64,000 nt of DNA from a virus. Where the stretch lies: positions 64,001-128,000 of IMG/VR virus record IMGVR_UViG_3300046786_000331. One strand, given 5' to 3'. The position numbers and the translations under genes are program-made. Under the pieces are notes generated by a model. The model made no database searches, was not told the origin of the DNA, and worked only from the letters and a program-made list of their open reading frames with translations. Of the stretch, positions 35,492 to 44,674 are shown piece by piece (position 1 is the stretch's first letter; the number at the start of each line of letters is the position of its first letter).

Positions 35492-36421
35492 ATGAGTATA
35501 TTAAAAACCATTTTGTTGGCGTTAATGTTCACGTCGATTAACGCTGTTGCGAATCCCTATAAAGATGTACCAAAAAATGTACAATTCTATATACCCTACG
35601 GTCCAGGAGGTGTTGCAGATGTACAATATAGACATCTAGAACAATACCTAGCTGGTAAAGGTATCACATTAACTGCAATTTATAAAGCAGGTGGAAACAG
35701 TACCATTGCCGCAGCGGAGTTTGTAAATGCTCCGAAAGACGGATCTGTTCTTATGTTAAACTCAACAAGTAACTCTTGGTTAGCTGAACAGAGATTAAAT
35801 AAAAAAGTTATCGATCCTATAGTTACTACCGGTGGAAATGCTAATGCAATTATTACATATCCCGGCAGTAAGTATGAAAACTTCGATGACTTTATCAAGT
35901 ACCTACGTGCAGGCGATACTGATATTAAAATAGGTTGGCATGCAGTTGCTAATTTGTTAAATATTCGACAACTTGCAGACAGGGTAGGAGCTCCTACTCC
36001 GTTAACTGTACCTTACAAAACTTCAACTGATTCTAGTAGAGATGTTGCAGGCAAGCATCTTTCAGTGGCAATTGTTCCTATGACAACAGCAATACCTTTA
36101 TTAGAAGCAGGGCGAGTTAAGATGATTTTTGGATTTGCAGCAGGCTCGTCTGGATTGCCTCCTGGTACATTTAATATCAAGAGTCGATATCCGAACTGGA
36201 GACATGATGAATTATTCTTTATTGGATTGCCACCAGGATCAGACGATAGTGCATTTAAAGCATGGACTCTGATACTTAGAGAATATTTGAATCTTAAAGA
36301 AACAGAGGAAGCATATCATAAAGCATACTTTGGTAGAGATGTAGGTGGGCCAAATTATGTAAATGAAGTTGTTACACGTCAAGGTGAAGCTCTTAAAAAG
36401 TACAATGTTGAGATAAAGTAA
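35492..36421 (+). CDS. Bug/TctC-family periplasmic substrate-binding protein
   Basis: Signal peptide; PYGPGGVAD, AGG, PKDG, VPYK. Confidence 0.8.
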   Translation: MSILKTILLALMFTSINAVANPYKDVPKNVQFYIPYGPGGVADVQYRHLEQYLAGKGITLTAIYKAGGNSTIAAAEFVNAPKDGSVLMLNSTSNSWLAEQRLNKKVIDPIVTTGGNANAIITYPGSKYENFDDFIKYLRAGDTDIKIGWHAVANLLNIRQLADRVGAPTPLTVPYKTSTDSSRDVAGKHLSVAIVPMTTAIPLLEAGRVKMIFGFAAGSSGLPPGTFNIKSRYPNWRHDELFFIGLPPGSDDSAFKAWTLILREYLNLKETEEAYHKAYFGRDVGGPNYVNEVVTRQGEALKKYNVEIK

Positions 36422-36422
36422 T

Positions 36423-36608
36423 ATGGATTTTGATACCAGCAACTTTAAAGAAAGAAAATGGAAGACTGGAGTTCTTCCTCCCGAGGATGCGATGCGCCCA
36501 AGATGCAAGGTGCTGTATTGTTACGACGGAGTAAAGGGAGTACCAGATGAAGATGAGACTGATTTAGTCGATTGGCTCATAGTTATAGCATACGAAACTA
36601 AGGAATAA
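36423..36608 (+). CDS. Small hypothetical protein
   Basis: Packed ORF. Confidence 0.55.
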   Translation: MDFDTSNFKERKWKTGVLPPEDAMRPRCKVLYCYDGVKGVPDEDETDLVDWLIVIAYETKE

Positions 36609-36609
36609 T

Positions 36610-37386
36610 ATGGAACCAAAAGACTACGAAGCTAGGGCAAAATACAAATCGCTTCCTCTTGATTTTCAATATCAAGGTGCCGAGAAGTACAAGAGTAACT
36701 TTGACTATGTTAGAGAAAACTTTAGTAGCTACCATTTTGATAAATGGAAGAAAGAAGACGAAGGCGAATGGTATCATCAACTTGGAAGATTTGAACTAGA
36801 TCCATCTATTGACGAAATGCTTCCATGGCTAATTGAAAAGTCTAAAGATGTAGGATGGAATGACTTATCTAAGATCGGTGCCCATCCTGGGTTCCCTGGA
36901 GGAGTTAGTCCGTTACACGCACAAGAAGAACATGATAGAATTGCCAGTGGCGTGGAGACAGACTTCGTGCAAATGGTTCCAGAACCAGACATGGTGAATA
37001 TCCCTGCGCTACAAAAGATGGGAGAGTACTGGAAATTTAAACGCCTACGTACTCGAGTTCATGTTCAGTTTCCTGGACAACTATTTTCAACACACGTTGA
37101 TAAACTATGGCATCGTAATCCGTTGGCACCTCACAAGATGTGTAGGATGGTTATTTTCTTACAAGACTACGAGCCAGGTCAGGTAATGATTTACGGAAAT
37201 GCAGTATTAACACAGTGGCGTAAGGGAGATGTACACATTTTCGATACTCTCAATGTTCCTCATTCTACTGCTAATATGAGTTACAGTCCGAGAGCTGTTA
37301 TGATTATTACTGCGGCAAGGACTGACGAGAGTGATGAAATACTAAGGGCATGTAACAAAGATAGTATTCATAGAATTACTTTGTAA
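36610..37386 (+). CDS. 2OG oxygenase-like protein
   Basis: QFPGQ...HVD...FLQDYEPGQ...PHSTAN...PR. Confidence 0.75.
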   Translation: MEPKDYEARAKYKSLPLDFQYQGAEKYKSNFDYVRENFSSYHFDKWKKEDEGEWYHQLGRFELDPSIDEMLPWLIEKSKDVGWNDLSKIGAHPGFPGGVSPLHAQEEHDRIASGVETDFVQMVPEPDMVNIPALQKMGEYWKFKRLRTRVHVQFPGQLFSTHVDKLWHRNPLAPHKMCRMVIFLQDYEPGQVMIYGNAVLTQWRKGDVHIFDTLNVPHSTANMSYSPRAVMIITAARTDESDEILRACNKDSIHRITL

Positions 37387-38447
37387 GTCTTTAGAAAATA
37401 TTCATCAACATCAATACCTAATCCTATCCCATTAGGTAACAAGGACCCAACAGGGTCCTTTGTTATATCTGCTTCGAGATAATTGTTAGTAACACTAACG
37501 CCCCAATCAACGTTTGGAACTACCGCAGCACAATGCAATAACGCTGCTGTGGCTATTCCTGTTTCTGAAACTTTTCCTGATATATTAATTGCCAAGCCTA
37601 ATTGGCTGCAAAGGTCGGAACACTCAACAACACTTAACGGTCCACCTAATTTAATATTTTTAAGATTAATTCCACGAGCAGCATCGAGTCTTTTTATTTC
37701 GTATAGATCGTTTATATCAAATACAAATTCATCCATACATAGGTTAGTTGATAATCGTTGAATCAATACCATGTCGTCAACACTAGACACAGGTTGCTCT
37801 AAGAATTTTAAATTACAATCTGTTGTTCCTTCTATATAACAGATTGTTTGATCCAATGTTAACCCTGCATTAGCATCTGCACAGATGATTGCAGAATCCC
37901 CGAGTTGCTTACGAAGTTCTACGGTACCTTGAATGTCTTCATCGATGTCCTTGCTGGCAACTTTAATTTTAAACCAAGATGCTGTAGAAGACATTGCTTC
38001 GACAATATTTTCTTCCCAGCTTTTATTTCCTAGAATATGAATGCTGTTAAAAGTATCACGCTTTACAGTTCCCAAAATATTTGCCACAGATGTGTTTTGA
38101 GATTTTGAATACGCATCTAACAACGCTATTTCTATCGCACTCTTGGCTCCTGGATTGGCATATATCGATTTGTTTATTTTTAACAACAGGGTTTTGTAAT
38201 CGGATATATTTTGTCCCACCAAAATTTTAACAAATACAGATTCAATCACTAGTTTAATTGTGCTTTGAAGCTCTCCAGTCATTCTCGGAGCTGATGCTGT
38301 TTCTCCCCACCCTACAATTCCCGAAGATAATTCTAACCGTACAATTACGTTTTCTGCTGTCTTTAAACAGCGATCATTCATGTACATTGGTTTTTTTAAA
38401 GGTATTGTTACTGGAAAAATTTCTATTTTTGCAATTGTATCTATCAT
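37368..38447 (-). CDS. Enolase superfamily (muconate cycloisomerase/dipeptide epimerase-like)
   Basis: GWGE, KIK, DAN, EQP, DE, NLK, GLGIDVD. Confidence 0.9.
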   Translation of the reverse strand: MIDTIAKIEIFPVTIPLKKPMYMNDRCLKTAENVIVRLELSSGIVGWGETASAPRMTGELQSTIKLVIESVFVKILVGQNISDYKTLLLKINKSIYANPGAKSAIEIALLDAYSKSQNTSVANILGTVKRDTFNSIHILGNKSWEENIVEAMSSTASWFKIKVASKDIDEDIQGTVELRKQLGDSAIICADANAGLTLDQTICYIEGTTDCNLKFLEQPVSSVDDMVLIQRLSTNLCMDEFVFDINDLYEIKRLDAARGINLKNIKLGGPLSVVECSDLCSQLGLAINISGKVSETGIATAALLHCAAVVPNVDWGVSVTNNYLEADITKDPVGSLLPNGIGLGIDVDEYFLKTYKVIL

Positions 38448-38498
38448 AACTATAATTATCTGCTAAATAAACGCAGTAATATCTTTACGGGAACTATT

Positions 38499-38804
38499 AT
38501 GGCATTTAAAGTAACCACAATTTATAAGCGTCCATCGTTGGACATACCATGGCACATCCAATGGTTTTTTGGAAAATATTCTCAGCAATATATCGATTGC
38601 CAGGTTTTATATATGATGGACTTACGTAGAGTTGTTAAGGGCGGCGACACGCTAACCCTAACTATCGAAAATACTTGGGATAGTGAAGAACAATTCATAG
38701 AATACACAAATAATACCGGAGTTGTTAATCACATGGCCAAGGTTGATGAATATCACCAATCATGCGGAATCATTGCCGAGCCTAAAATATACGAAGAAAT
38801 TTAA
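38499..38804 (+). CDS. Small hypothetical protein
   Basis: ORF after TAAATA, ends before terminator. Confidence 0.65.
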   Translation: MAFKVTTIYKRPSLDIPWHIQWFFGKYSQQYIDCQVLYMMDLRRVVKGGDTLTLTIENTWDSEEQFIEYTNNTGVVNHMAKVDEYHQSCGIIAEPKIYEEI

Positions 38805-38817
38805 ATAATTTGGACAT

Positions 38818-38845
38818 AAAAAAAGGACCCCGGAGGGTCCTTTTT
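38818..38845. terminator. Bidirectional intrinsic terminator
   Basis: AAAAAGGACCC-CGGA-GGGTCCTTTTT. Confidence 0.9.
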
Positions 38846-38858
38846 GCATTTATGCAGA

Positions 38859-39422
38859 TTAAAATGTTCTGGTGTAATTAAATGCTACGTTGTTTTGATT
38901 AGTATCTCCACGAACTTGGTCGTATCTAACTCCAACTGTGTCTTGCTTTGTTACAGCATAGCTCATACCAACTCTCCATGTGTTAGTTGTATCAGCATAT
39001 GCAGTTGAATCAAATGCAGTTCTATATCTGTAACCGAGACGTGCAGTTAGTCCAGTATTTCCTAACGGAGCAGTTACACCTGGTTCGACAGAGTAATAGC
39101 TGTAGTTAGTAACAGTTGTAAACTTTTGTCCAACGGCTACTCTCATATACGGACTAACCAATCCGACTGTTGTTCTGCCAGTTAGACTTCCTTCTATTCG
39201 ACTATTGCTTACTGCACCAGTTGAATCCTTTGCACCAAAGTTTGTGGTGACTCCGCCGGAGAAATTCTTATTAATATTCTCCGAAACAGAAACTAGATAG
39301 AGTGAACTGTCAGTAGTACCTTTTACTCCTGTCTGATCCTGATACTCAACGGTTGCCGATGCTGCATACACAGCACTGTTTGATAAAATTGCTAAAGTTA
39401 AAATAGCCAATAGTTTTTTCAT
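38859..39422 (-). CDS. Outer-membrane beta-barrel (porin-like) protein
   Basis: Signal peptide, alternating beta strands, C-terminal YTRTF. Confidence 0.8.
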   Translation of the reverse strand: MKKLLAILTLAILSNSAVYAASATVEYQDQTGVKGTTDSSLYLVSVSENINKNFSGGVTTNFGAKDSTGAVSNSRIEGSLTGRTTVGLVSPYMRVAVGQKFTTVTNYSYYSVEPGVTAPLGNTGLTARLGYRYRTAFDSTAYADTTNTWRVGMSYAVTKQDTVGVRYDQVRGDTNQNNVAFNYTRTF

Positions 39423-39510
39423 GTAAACTCCTTAAAAAAGTAAAGTATATATACAATGTAATTTAGCTACATGAAAAATCTGAGAGATTGCCAAATAATA
39501 ATAATTTCTG

Positions 39511-39539
39511 TTGTATATTTGCAATAAAGGTTATATACT
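39511..39539 (+). promoter_or_regulatory. Sigma70-type promoter for the tRNA-like RNA
   Basis: TTGTAT-17 bp-TATACT; predicted +1 near 39546. Confidence 0.6.
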
Positions 39540-39545
39540 AACAAT

Positions 39546-39658
39546 GTGGTCGTGAGCGGAATTGGCATACCTCCCGATTCTTCCTTTTTGGAAAATTGGG
39601 GCCGGGGCGCTGAGTATAACTCGCAGCCTTTGTAGGTTCGAAACCTACCGACCACACC
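39546..39658 (+). ncRNA. tRNA-like RNA with extended anticodon and variable arms
   Basis: GTGGTCG/CGACCAC acceptor, Leu-like D-loop GGAATTGGCATAC, T-arm GTAGG-TTCGAAA-CCTAC, no 7-nt anticodon loop. Confidence 0.75.
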
Positions 39659-39702
39659 GATTACTTTTATAAGTAAAGACACATAACAATAAGGAATTTA
39701 TT

Positions 39703-39894
39703 ATGTCAAACACAGTAGAACAACTCAAGGCAGACTTCGAAGCATTCTTAGCTGAAGATGCAAAATTTACAGCAGGTAACGGTGCAGCAGGTACAAGAGC
39801 ACGTAAGGCACTACAAGAAGTAGCTAAAGGCGTTAAAGCTCGTCGTAACGAAATCACAGCAGAGAAGAACGCTCGCAAAGAAGCCAAGGTCTAA
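39703..39894 (+). CDS. Histone H1-like (Hc1-family) small protein
   Basis: GNGAAGTRARKALQE. Confidence 0.75.
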   Translation: MSNTVEQLKADFEAFLAEDAKFTAGNGAAGTRARKALQEVAKGVKARRNEITAEKNARKEAKV

Positions 39895-39896
39895 TC

Positions 39897-40388
39897 ATGG
39901 ACGACAAGGACAGTATCACTTTTGATGATATTGAAATTGATCTAAGCAGTTATGGTGCTCAAGGTAGCACCATGACTAGTACCATAGATACAATTACCCT
40001 TGGGTCCGGTGTGTCAACAATTACACTACCTTCGCCTACACTTTCTTACAATTATGGAGCAACTGTAGGCGGTATCACAACTATCAATAACATCAGCAAT
40101 AACAGTCAATGGACGACTGGGACGAACTGTTATACATTTGCTAATACCTCTACCTCGCCCACTGTTAATATTAGTACTGACGGCATCGATATGGCTGCTG
40201 GGACTGATATTAAAATTGATGGCAAAAGTCTAAAAGATTTTATGACTAAAATGGAAAAACGTTTAGCAATACTCGTACCAGACCCAACTAAATTAGAAAA
40301 GTTTGAAGCACTCAAAAAGGCTTATGAACATTACAAAACAATGGAAAGTCTTTGTTTTGACGAACCAACTGAAGAAGAACCAAAATGA
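39897..40388 (+). CDS. Hypothetical protein
   Basis: Thr/Ser-rich N-half; MEKRLAILVPD...LKKAYEHYK. Confidence 0.75.
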   Translation: MDDKDSITFDDIEIDLSSYGAQGSTMTSTIDTITLGSGVSTITLPSPTLSYNYGATVGGITTINNISNNSQWTTGTNCYTFANTSTSPTVNISTDGIDMAAGTDIKIDGKSLKDFMTKMEKRLAILVPDPTKLEKFEALKKAYEHYKTMESLCFDEPTEEEPK

Positions 40389-41056
40389 CCGTTAGACTAT
40401 TATCATATAGCCAGCCAACTGAAGAATTTGCAAACATGGGCATTGACAATGCGCAGGAACTTATTGCATATTGCGCCCGTGTTTCAAATCCTTCAAATCA
40501 ATTTAACACAGAGACATCAGAAAAACTTATCAATTATCTTGTCAAACATCAACATTGGAGTCCATTAGAAATGGTTAGTGCCTGTGTTGAAATTGAAACT
40601 ACACGAGATATTGCTCGACAAATTTTGCGTCATCGCAGTTTTAGCTTTCAAGAGTTTAGTCAACGCTATGCTGATCCTACTAAGGATCTAGATTTTGTTG
40701 TTCGTGAAGCTCGTCTTCAAGATACCAAGAATAGACAAAACAGTATTGAAACTGACGATGTTGAGCTACAGGCTTGGTGGGATGCTAAACAAAAGTTTCT
40801 AATTGAGTATGTCAAAGAAACATATGCTGAAGCAATTTCTAGGGGCATTGCTAAAGAACAAGCCCGTGCTATTCTCCCAGAAGGCAATACAGTAAGTCGC
40901 TTGTACATGAATGGAACTCTACGCAGTTGGGTTCATTTTATTACATTGCGTTCAGCAAATGGAACTCAGAAAGAACATCAGTTAGTTGCACTAGCCTGTG
41001 CTAAAGCAATTGCTGCTATCTTTCCAATGAGCCAATCACTAGTGTCCAATGGATAA
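40385..41056 (+). CDS. thyX: Flavin-dependent thymidylate synthase
   Basis: HWSPLE, RQILRHRSFSFQEFSQRY, EQARAILP, QKEH. Confidence 0.96.
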   Translation: MTVRLLSYSQPTEEFANMGIDNAQELIAYCARVSNPSNQFNTETSEKLINYLVKHQHWSPLEMVSACVEIETTRDIARQILRHRSFSFQEFSQRYADPTKDLDFVVREARLQDTKNRQNSIETDDVELQAWWDAKQKFLIEYVKETYAEAISRGIAKEQARAILPEGNTVSRLYMNGTLRSWVHFITLRSANGTQKEHQLVALACAKAIAAIFPMSQSLVSNG

Positions 41057-41432
41057 GTCTAAGTTAGAAAAGTTTTGCGAGAACTACGAAGTTAAGGTGG
41101 TTAACGATAACGGGCGATATGCTCGCTATCGTCCACCATCTTTTTTCTGTAATCCAGAACGTGCAGATCTTGTACGAAATGATTTAGAAGAATTTAGAAC
41201 TGAAAAGTTATACACTATTCAAATCCCAGAAAGCAGATTGCAAACTTTAGTAGAATTAGAAAATCGTTTTTACAATCATCGAAACTCCGAAGGTATGCGT
41301 AACATGTTTGAAGTCCTAATGGAAAAAGAACGTGAAGAATTGCATCTTCGAAACTCAAACGAGGCTATAAAAAAAGCCTACGAACAATATTCCATTTTGC
41401 TCAACCTTGCCGGTTATCAACGAAAATTCTAA
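41049..41432 (+). CDS. Hypothetical protein
   Basis: Packed ORF. Confidence 0.7.
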   Translation: MDKSKLEKFCENYEVKVVNDNGRYARYRPPSFFCNPERADLVRNDLEEFRTEKLYTIQIPESRLQTLVELENRFYNHRNSEGMRNMFEVLMEKEREELHLRNSNEAIKKAYEQYSILLNLAGYQRKF

Positions 41433-41436
41433 CATA

Positions 41437-41465
41437 TTGACATGTTTTTGTTTTGACTGTATAAT
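41437..41465 (+). promoter_or_regulatory. Consensus sigma70 promoter (leaderless to ATG 41472)
   Basis: TTGACA-17 bp-TATAAT. Confidence 0.85.
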
Positions 41466-41471
41466 TACTGT

Positions 41472-42275
41472 ATGAGATCACATTACTGGACATGTTCTAC
41501 ATTTGCGGACTGGCTTCGTGGCACTCCTAAGCCAGGAGCCGAAACATCTAAAGGCTGGAGAGAATGGACAAAGAAAGCCAAATCTGCACATCCGTTCCGT
41601 TACTGGCTAGCAGACGATGCGTTAAGGACTTTACAAACTATTGTATATTGGCCTGTGGACAAACTAAACGATGTTAGATATTACATCAACAATCGGTTCG
41701 TTAGTCGTAGCCACGCTCTTACTGCTCATCCTCGAGACATTAGACCCGGAAACTGGTGTGATGTTGGTAATCGTTTTTTACCTTGCCTTTTCAATGAACT
41801 TGTTAACTTTGTAGAAATTGAAACAGCATGGAATCATTGTATGTGGAGCGACGAAGCTCGAAACAAATATATGGTACCTTGGTATCGAAAAGGGTGGCTT
41901 CGTCTTAGAACCTGGCGTTGCCCTGCTGCCGGTATGGATCATCTAATCTGGGCAGCGGCTCTACTTGACGACAATAACGAACCTACTCGTCAAGCAATTA
42001 ACGCAAAAGAGGCCATTGACTTATATGTTTGGTGGACTGCAATTCGCCCAAGTCGTCCTGATCCATATGAAGTCAGCGGATGGTCCGCTATCTGTGCAAA
42101 TCGTCGAAAAAATAGCGATGATGACATTTTTGGACTAGACGACGAAACCCCAGAAGAACAACTTTTGAGCAAACAGGCTCTTGACAAATGTCATGAACTT
42201 GAACAACAATACGAACAAGAAGACGAAGAAATGATGATTCGTTTAATTAAAATTAGACAAGGACTTTGGACATAA
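41472..42275 (+). CDS. Trp-rich conserved phage hypothetical protein
   Basis: LYVWW...RPDPY...MMIRLIKIRQGLWT. Confidence 0.8.
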   Translation: MRSHYWTCSTFADWLRGTPKPGAETSKGWREWTKKAKSAHPFRYWLADDALRTLQTIVYWPVDKLNDVRYYINNRFVSRSHALTAHPRDIRPGNWCDVGNRFLPCLFNELVNFVEIETAWNHCMWSDEARNKYMVPWYRKGWLRLRTWRCPAAGMDHLIWAAALLDDNNEPTRQAINAKEAIDLYVWWTAIRPSRPDPYEVSGWSAICANRRKNSDDDIFGLDDETPEEQLLSKQALDKCHELEQQYEQEDEEMMIRLIKIRQGLWT

Positions 42276-42688
42276 TGAAAACAGAAGTGCCAGCAGAAGG
42301 TATTCTAAAACGCGGCGATTTTGGCGATAGTAAATTCTATCAAGTTGTCTGCGGCTGTGGACAAGAGTATCATGATCATAATGTCGAAGTTGAAGCCTCT
42401 GACACTGGCGTAAATGTTAATGTCTATATGTCTGTCAAAACTGATTACTGGTCAGAGCTTATCGAAAAGCGATACGATATCGATAGCACTTGGCAACAAG
42501 AGTTTGATTGGTTCTGGAAAGACGTTGTTAATGGTCTTATTCGACGATTAAAAGTAACTTGGGAACTGTGGACTACCGGTGCTGTTACTGCCCACAGTAC
42601 TATTGCAATGACCGAGCAACAAGCTCTTAACTACGCAGAAACTTTAAAGACTGCAATTGAAGATGTCAAAAATTTCAAAAAGCCCTAA
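42275..42688 (+). CDS. Hypothetical protein
   Basis: TAATG coupling; CGC...H. Confidence 0.7.
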   Translation: MKTEVPAEGILKRGDFGDSKFYQVVCGCGQEYHDHNVEVEASDTGVNVNVYMSVKTDYWSELIEKRYDIDSTWQQEFDWFWKDVVNGLIRRLKVTWELWTTGAVTAHSTIAMTEQQALNYAETLKTAIEDVKNFKKP

Positions 42689-43208
42689 TCGACATACTTT
42701 TCAAAGAGACAGTTATCTTGAAAGAATGGCTGAAGAAGGCAGGACTCCCGAGAATGACGAAACAGTCAAAGCAATGCTAGACTACTATAATAGTTGGAGT
42801 TTTGATTCGGAAGAAAAAGAAACAGATCCAAGTTGGTATGAAAACAACATGGAAGCAGATATGCGTGTCTGCGACTGGATGTTAGAAAAAGTTCGTAACA
42901 GTGACACATATGCTCAAAATTTATATGCAGCTATGTGCAATAGAGAATTCCAAAAATTAGAAGTACTACCTGTATTGAAAGAGCAAACATGGAGTTGCTC
43001 TTGGAGATATGCTGGCGGTGTTATTGCAGACATGCGCCAAGAGGGTGATTATATAGATTGGTATTGTTCAGGTATAGGTGACGGCCTGGGGAATGGGGAT
43101 GCTAGCGGAACATTACGTTACGTTAGCGAAGGAAACGTCACCGACGAAATTAGAGAGGATCTACAGAAGTTGGGCTGGATAGTTCTGCCCGATGAAATGG
43201 ACGAATAA
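42663..43208 (+). CDS. Conserved phage hypothetical protein
   Basis: YAQNLYAAMCN...SWRYAGG...DYIDWYCSG. Confidence 0.8.
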   Translation: MSKISKSPNRHTFQRDSYLERMAEEGRTPENDETVKAMLDYYNSWSFDSEEKETDPSWYENNMEADMRVCDWMLEKVRNSDTYAQNLYAAMCNREFQKLEVLPVLKEQTWSCSWRYAGGVIADMRQEGDYIDWYCSGIGDGLGNGDASGTLRYVSEGNVTDEIREDLQKLGWIVLPDEMDE

Positions 43209-43209
43209 T

Positions 43210-43404
43210 ATGTTCATGCTATTTGAAATTTGGGTTGAAGACGAAGATGGTCGTCAAGAACTTATTGAGACCACGGCTAGTCAAACCGAAGCATTTAAAA
43301 TTGCCGAAAAGGCAGTTGCAGAAGGTGCATTTGCATCTATTGTATTAAAAGAAGATGACGACGGTGATCTTAAAGAAGTACAGCGTTTTGAAGCAGAAGA
43401 GTAA
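43210..43404 (+). CDS. Small acidic hypothetical protein
   Basis: Packed ORF. Confidence 0.65.
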   Translation: MFMLFEIWVEDEDGRQELIETTASQTEAFKIAEKAVAEGAFASIVLKEDDDGDLKEVQRFEAEE

Positions 43405-43472
43405 CTTGTCTGTTGACATTGTTATATTATTAATGTTACATTAAAAGTTGTTAATTAATACAGGAGTAGCAA

Positions 43473-44645
43473 ATGGCTACAAAAACAAAGGCAGAACATC
43501 TAGCAGCCGCTAGAGCTAGTAAAGGCAGAGATTTAAGTCCTAAATGGGATGGATGTGATTCTTGGGATGCTAATCAATTTCTAAGACATTTCCATACCAG
43601 TATGGCTTGGTATCGCTTAGAGTCAAGCGGCAAAGAACTTAAACCCAAAGTTATCAATTGGATGTCTGCTAACGGTTATACTAAAGATCAAATTGCAGAA
43701 TTTAAGAAAACTAAAGATAATCGCTGTGGAACAACCGTAGGTGCTATTGCTGCCTGCTTGATTAAAGGAATGCCAGATGTACGTGCAGACTTTAATGACG
43801 GAAGAAGCACAGCGGCTTGGCTTAAGGCATCTATTTCTAAAATCGTAGCCGAAGGCAAAGACGATAAAGACGATGAAGAAGTTGTTGATGATAAACCCGC
43901 AGTAGTACAACCTAGCATTCAAGAGCGTGTTCGAGAAGCTAGTTATAAAATGACTGAAGAAATTGAAACAGCCATTGAAGCGTTTCAAACAGATCCAGAT
44001 ACTTTTGATCCTAAAGCATTTAAAGTTCTTAATTTGCTCAAGGCAAAAGAAGCCAAGGCAGCACATGCTCGTATCATTAAAGAATTCTACAGCAGAAATC
44101 TTGCAGAATTAATTGAAGCTGCTGGCACAAAAGATGATCAGCTTAAAGAAGCATACAGTCATCTGAGCAAAGCTAATCTAAAGAAAATTACACTTTTCTA
44201 TCAAGAAATTGTCAGTGCCTGCGATATGCTTGCACAAGAAGCCAAAGTTAATCGTGCTCCACGTAAGACTAAGGCTGTGTCTAAAGATAAACTTGTTGCT
44301 AAACTCAAGTATAAGAAAGCAGACGAACCTCTTAAGTTAGTAAGCGTTAACCCTGTTGACGTTATCGGTTCTAAAGAACTTTGGGTTTACAATACTAAAA
44401 CTCGTAAATTAGGCAAATATGTGTCTACAGAGTTTGCAGAATTAGGAATCAAGGGCACAAGCATTACTAACTTTGATGAGTTCAAGAGTGTGCAAAAGAC
44501 ACTACGCAAGCCCGCAGAGCAGTTAAAAGCGTTTAAAGACGCCGGAAAAGTAGCACTACGCAAGTTCTTAGATGATATCAATGCTGTTGATACTAAAATG
44601 AACGGGCGAATTAGCGAAGAAATTATCCTACTAAAAGTGGCATAA
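43473..44645 (+). CDS. Conserved large-phage hypothetical protein
   Basis: AGGAG SD; LWVYNTKTRKLGKY...KTLRKP...NGRI. Confidence 0.85.
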   Translation: MATKTKAEHLAAARASKGRDLSPKWDGCDSWDANQFLRHFHTSMAWYRLESSGKELKPKVINWMSANGYTKDQIAEFKKTKDNRCGTTVGAIAACLIKGMPDVRADFNDGRSTAAWLKASISKIVAEGKDDKDDEEVVDDKPAVVQPSIQERVREASYKMTEEIETAIEAFQTDPDTFDPKAFKVLNLLKAKEAKAAHARIIKEFYSRNLAELIEAAGTKDDQLKEAYSHLSKANLKKITLFYQEIVSACDMLAQEAKVNRAPRKTKAVSKDKLVAKLKYKKADEPLKLVSVNPVDVIGSKELWVYNTKTRKLGKYVSTEFAELGIKGTSITNFDEFKSVQKTLRKPAEQLKAFKDAGKVALRKFLDDINAVDTKMNGRISEEIILLKVA

Positions 44646-44674
44646 TGTTTGTTTAGAGTTTGATAAATATTGGT

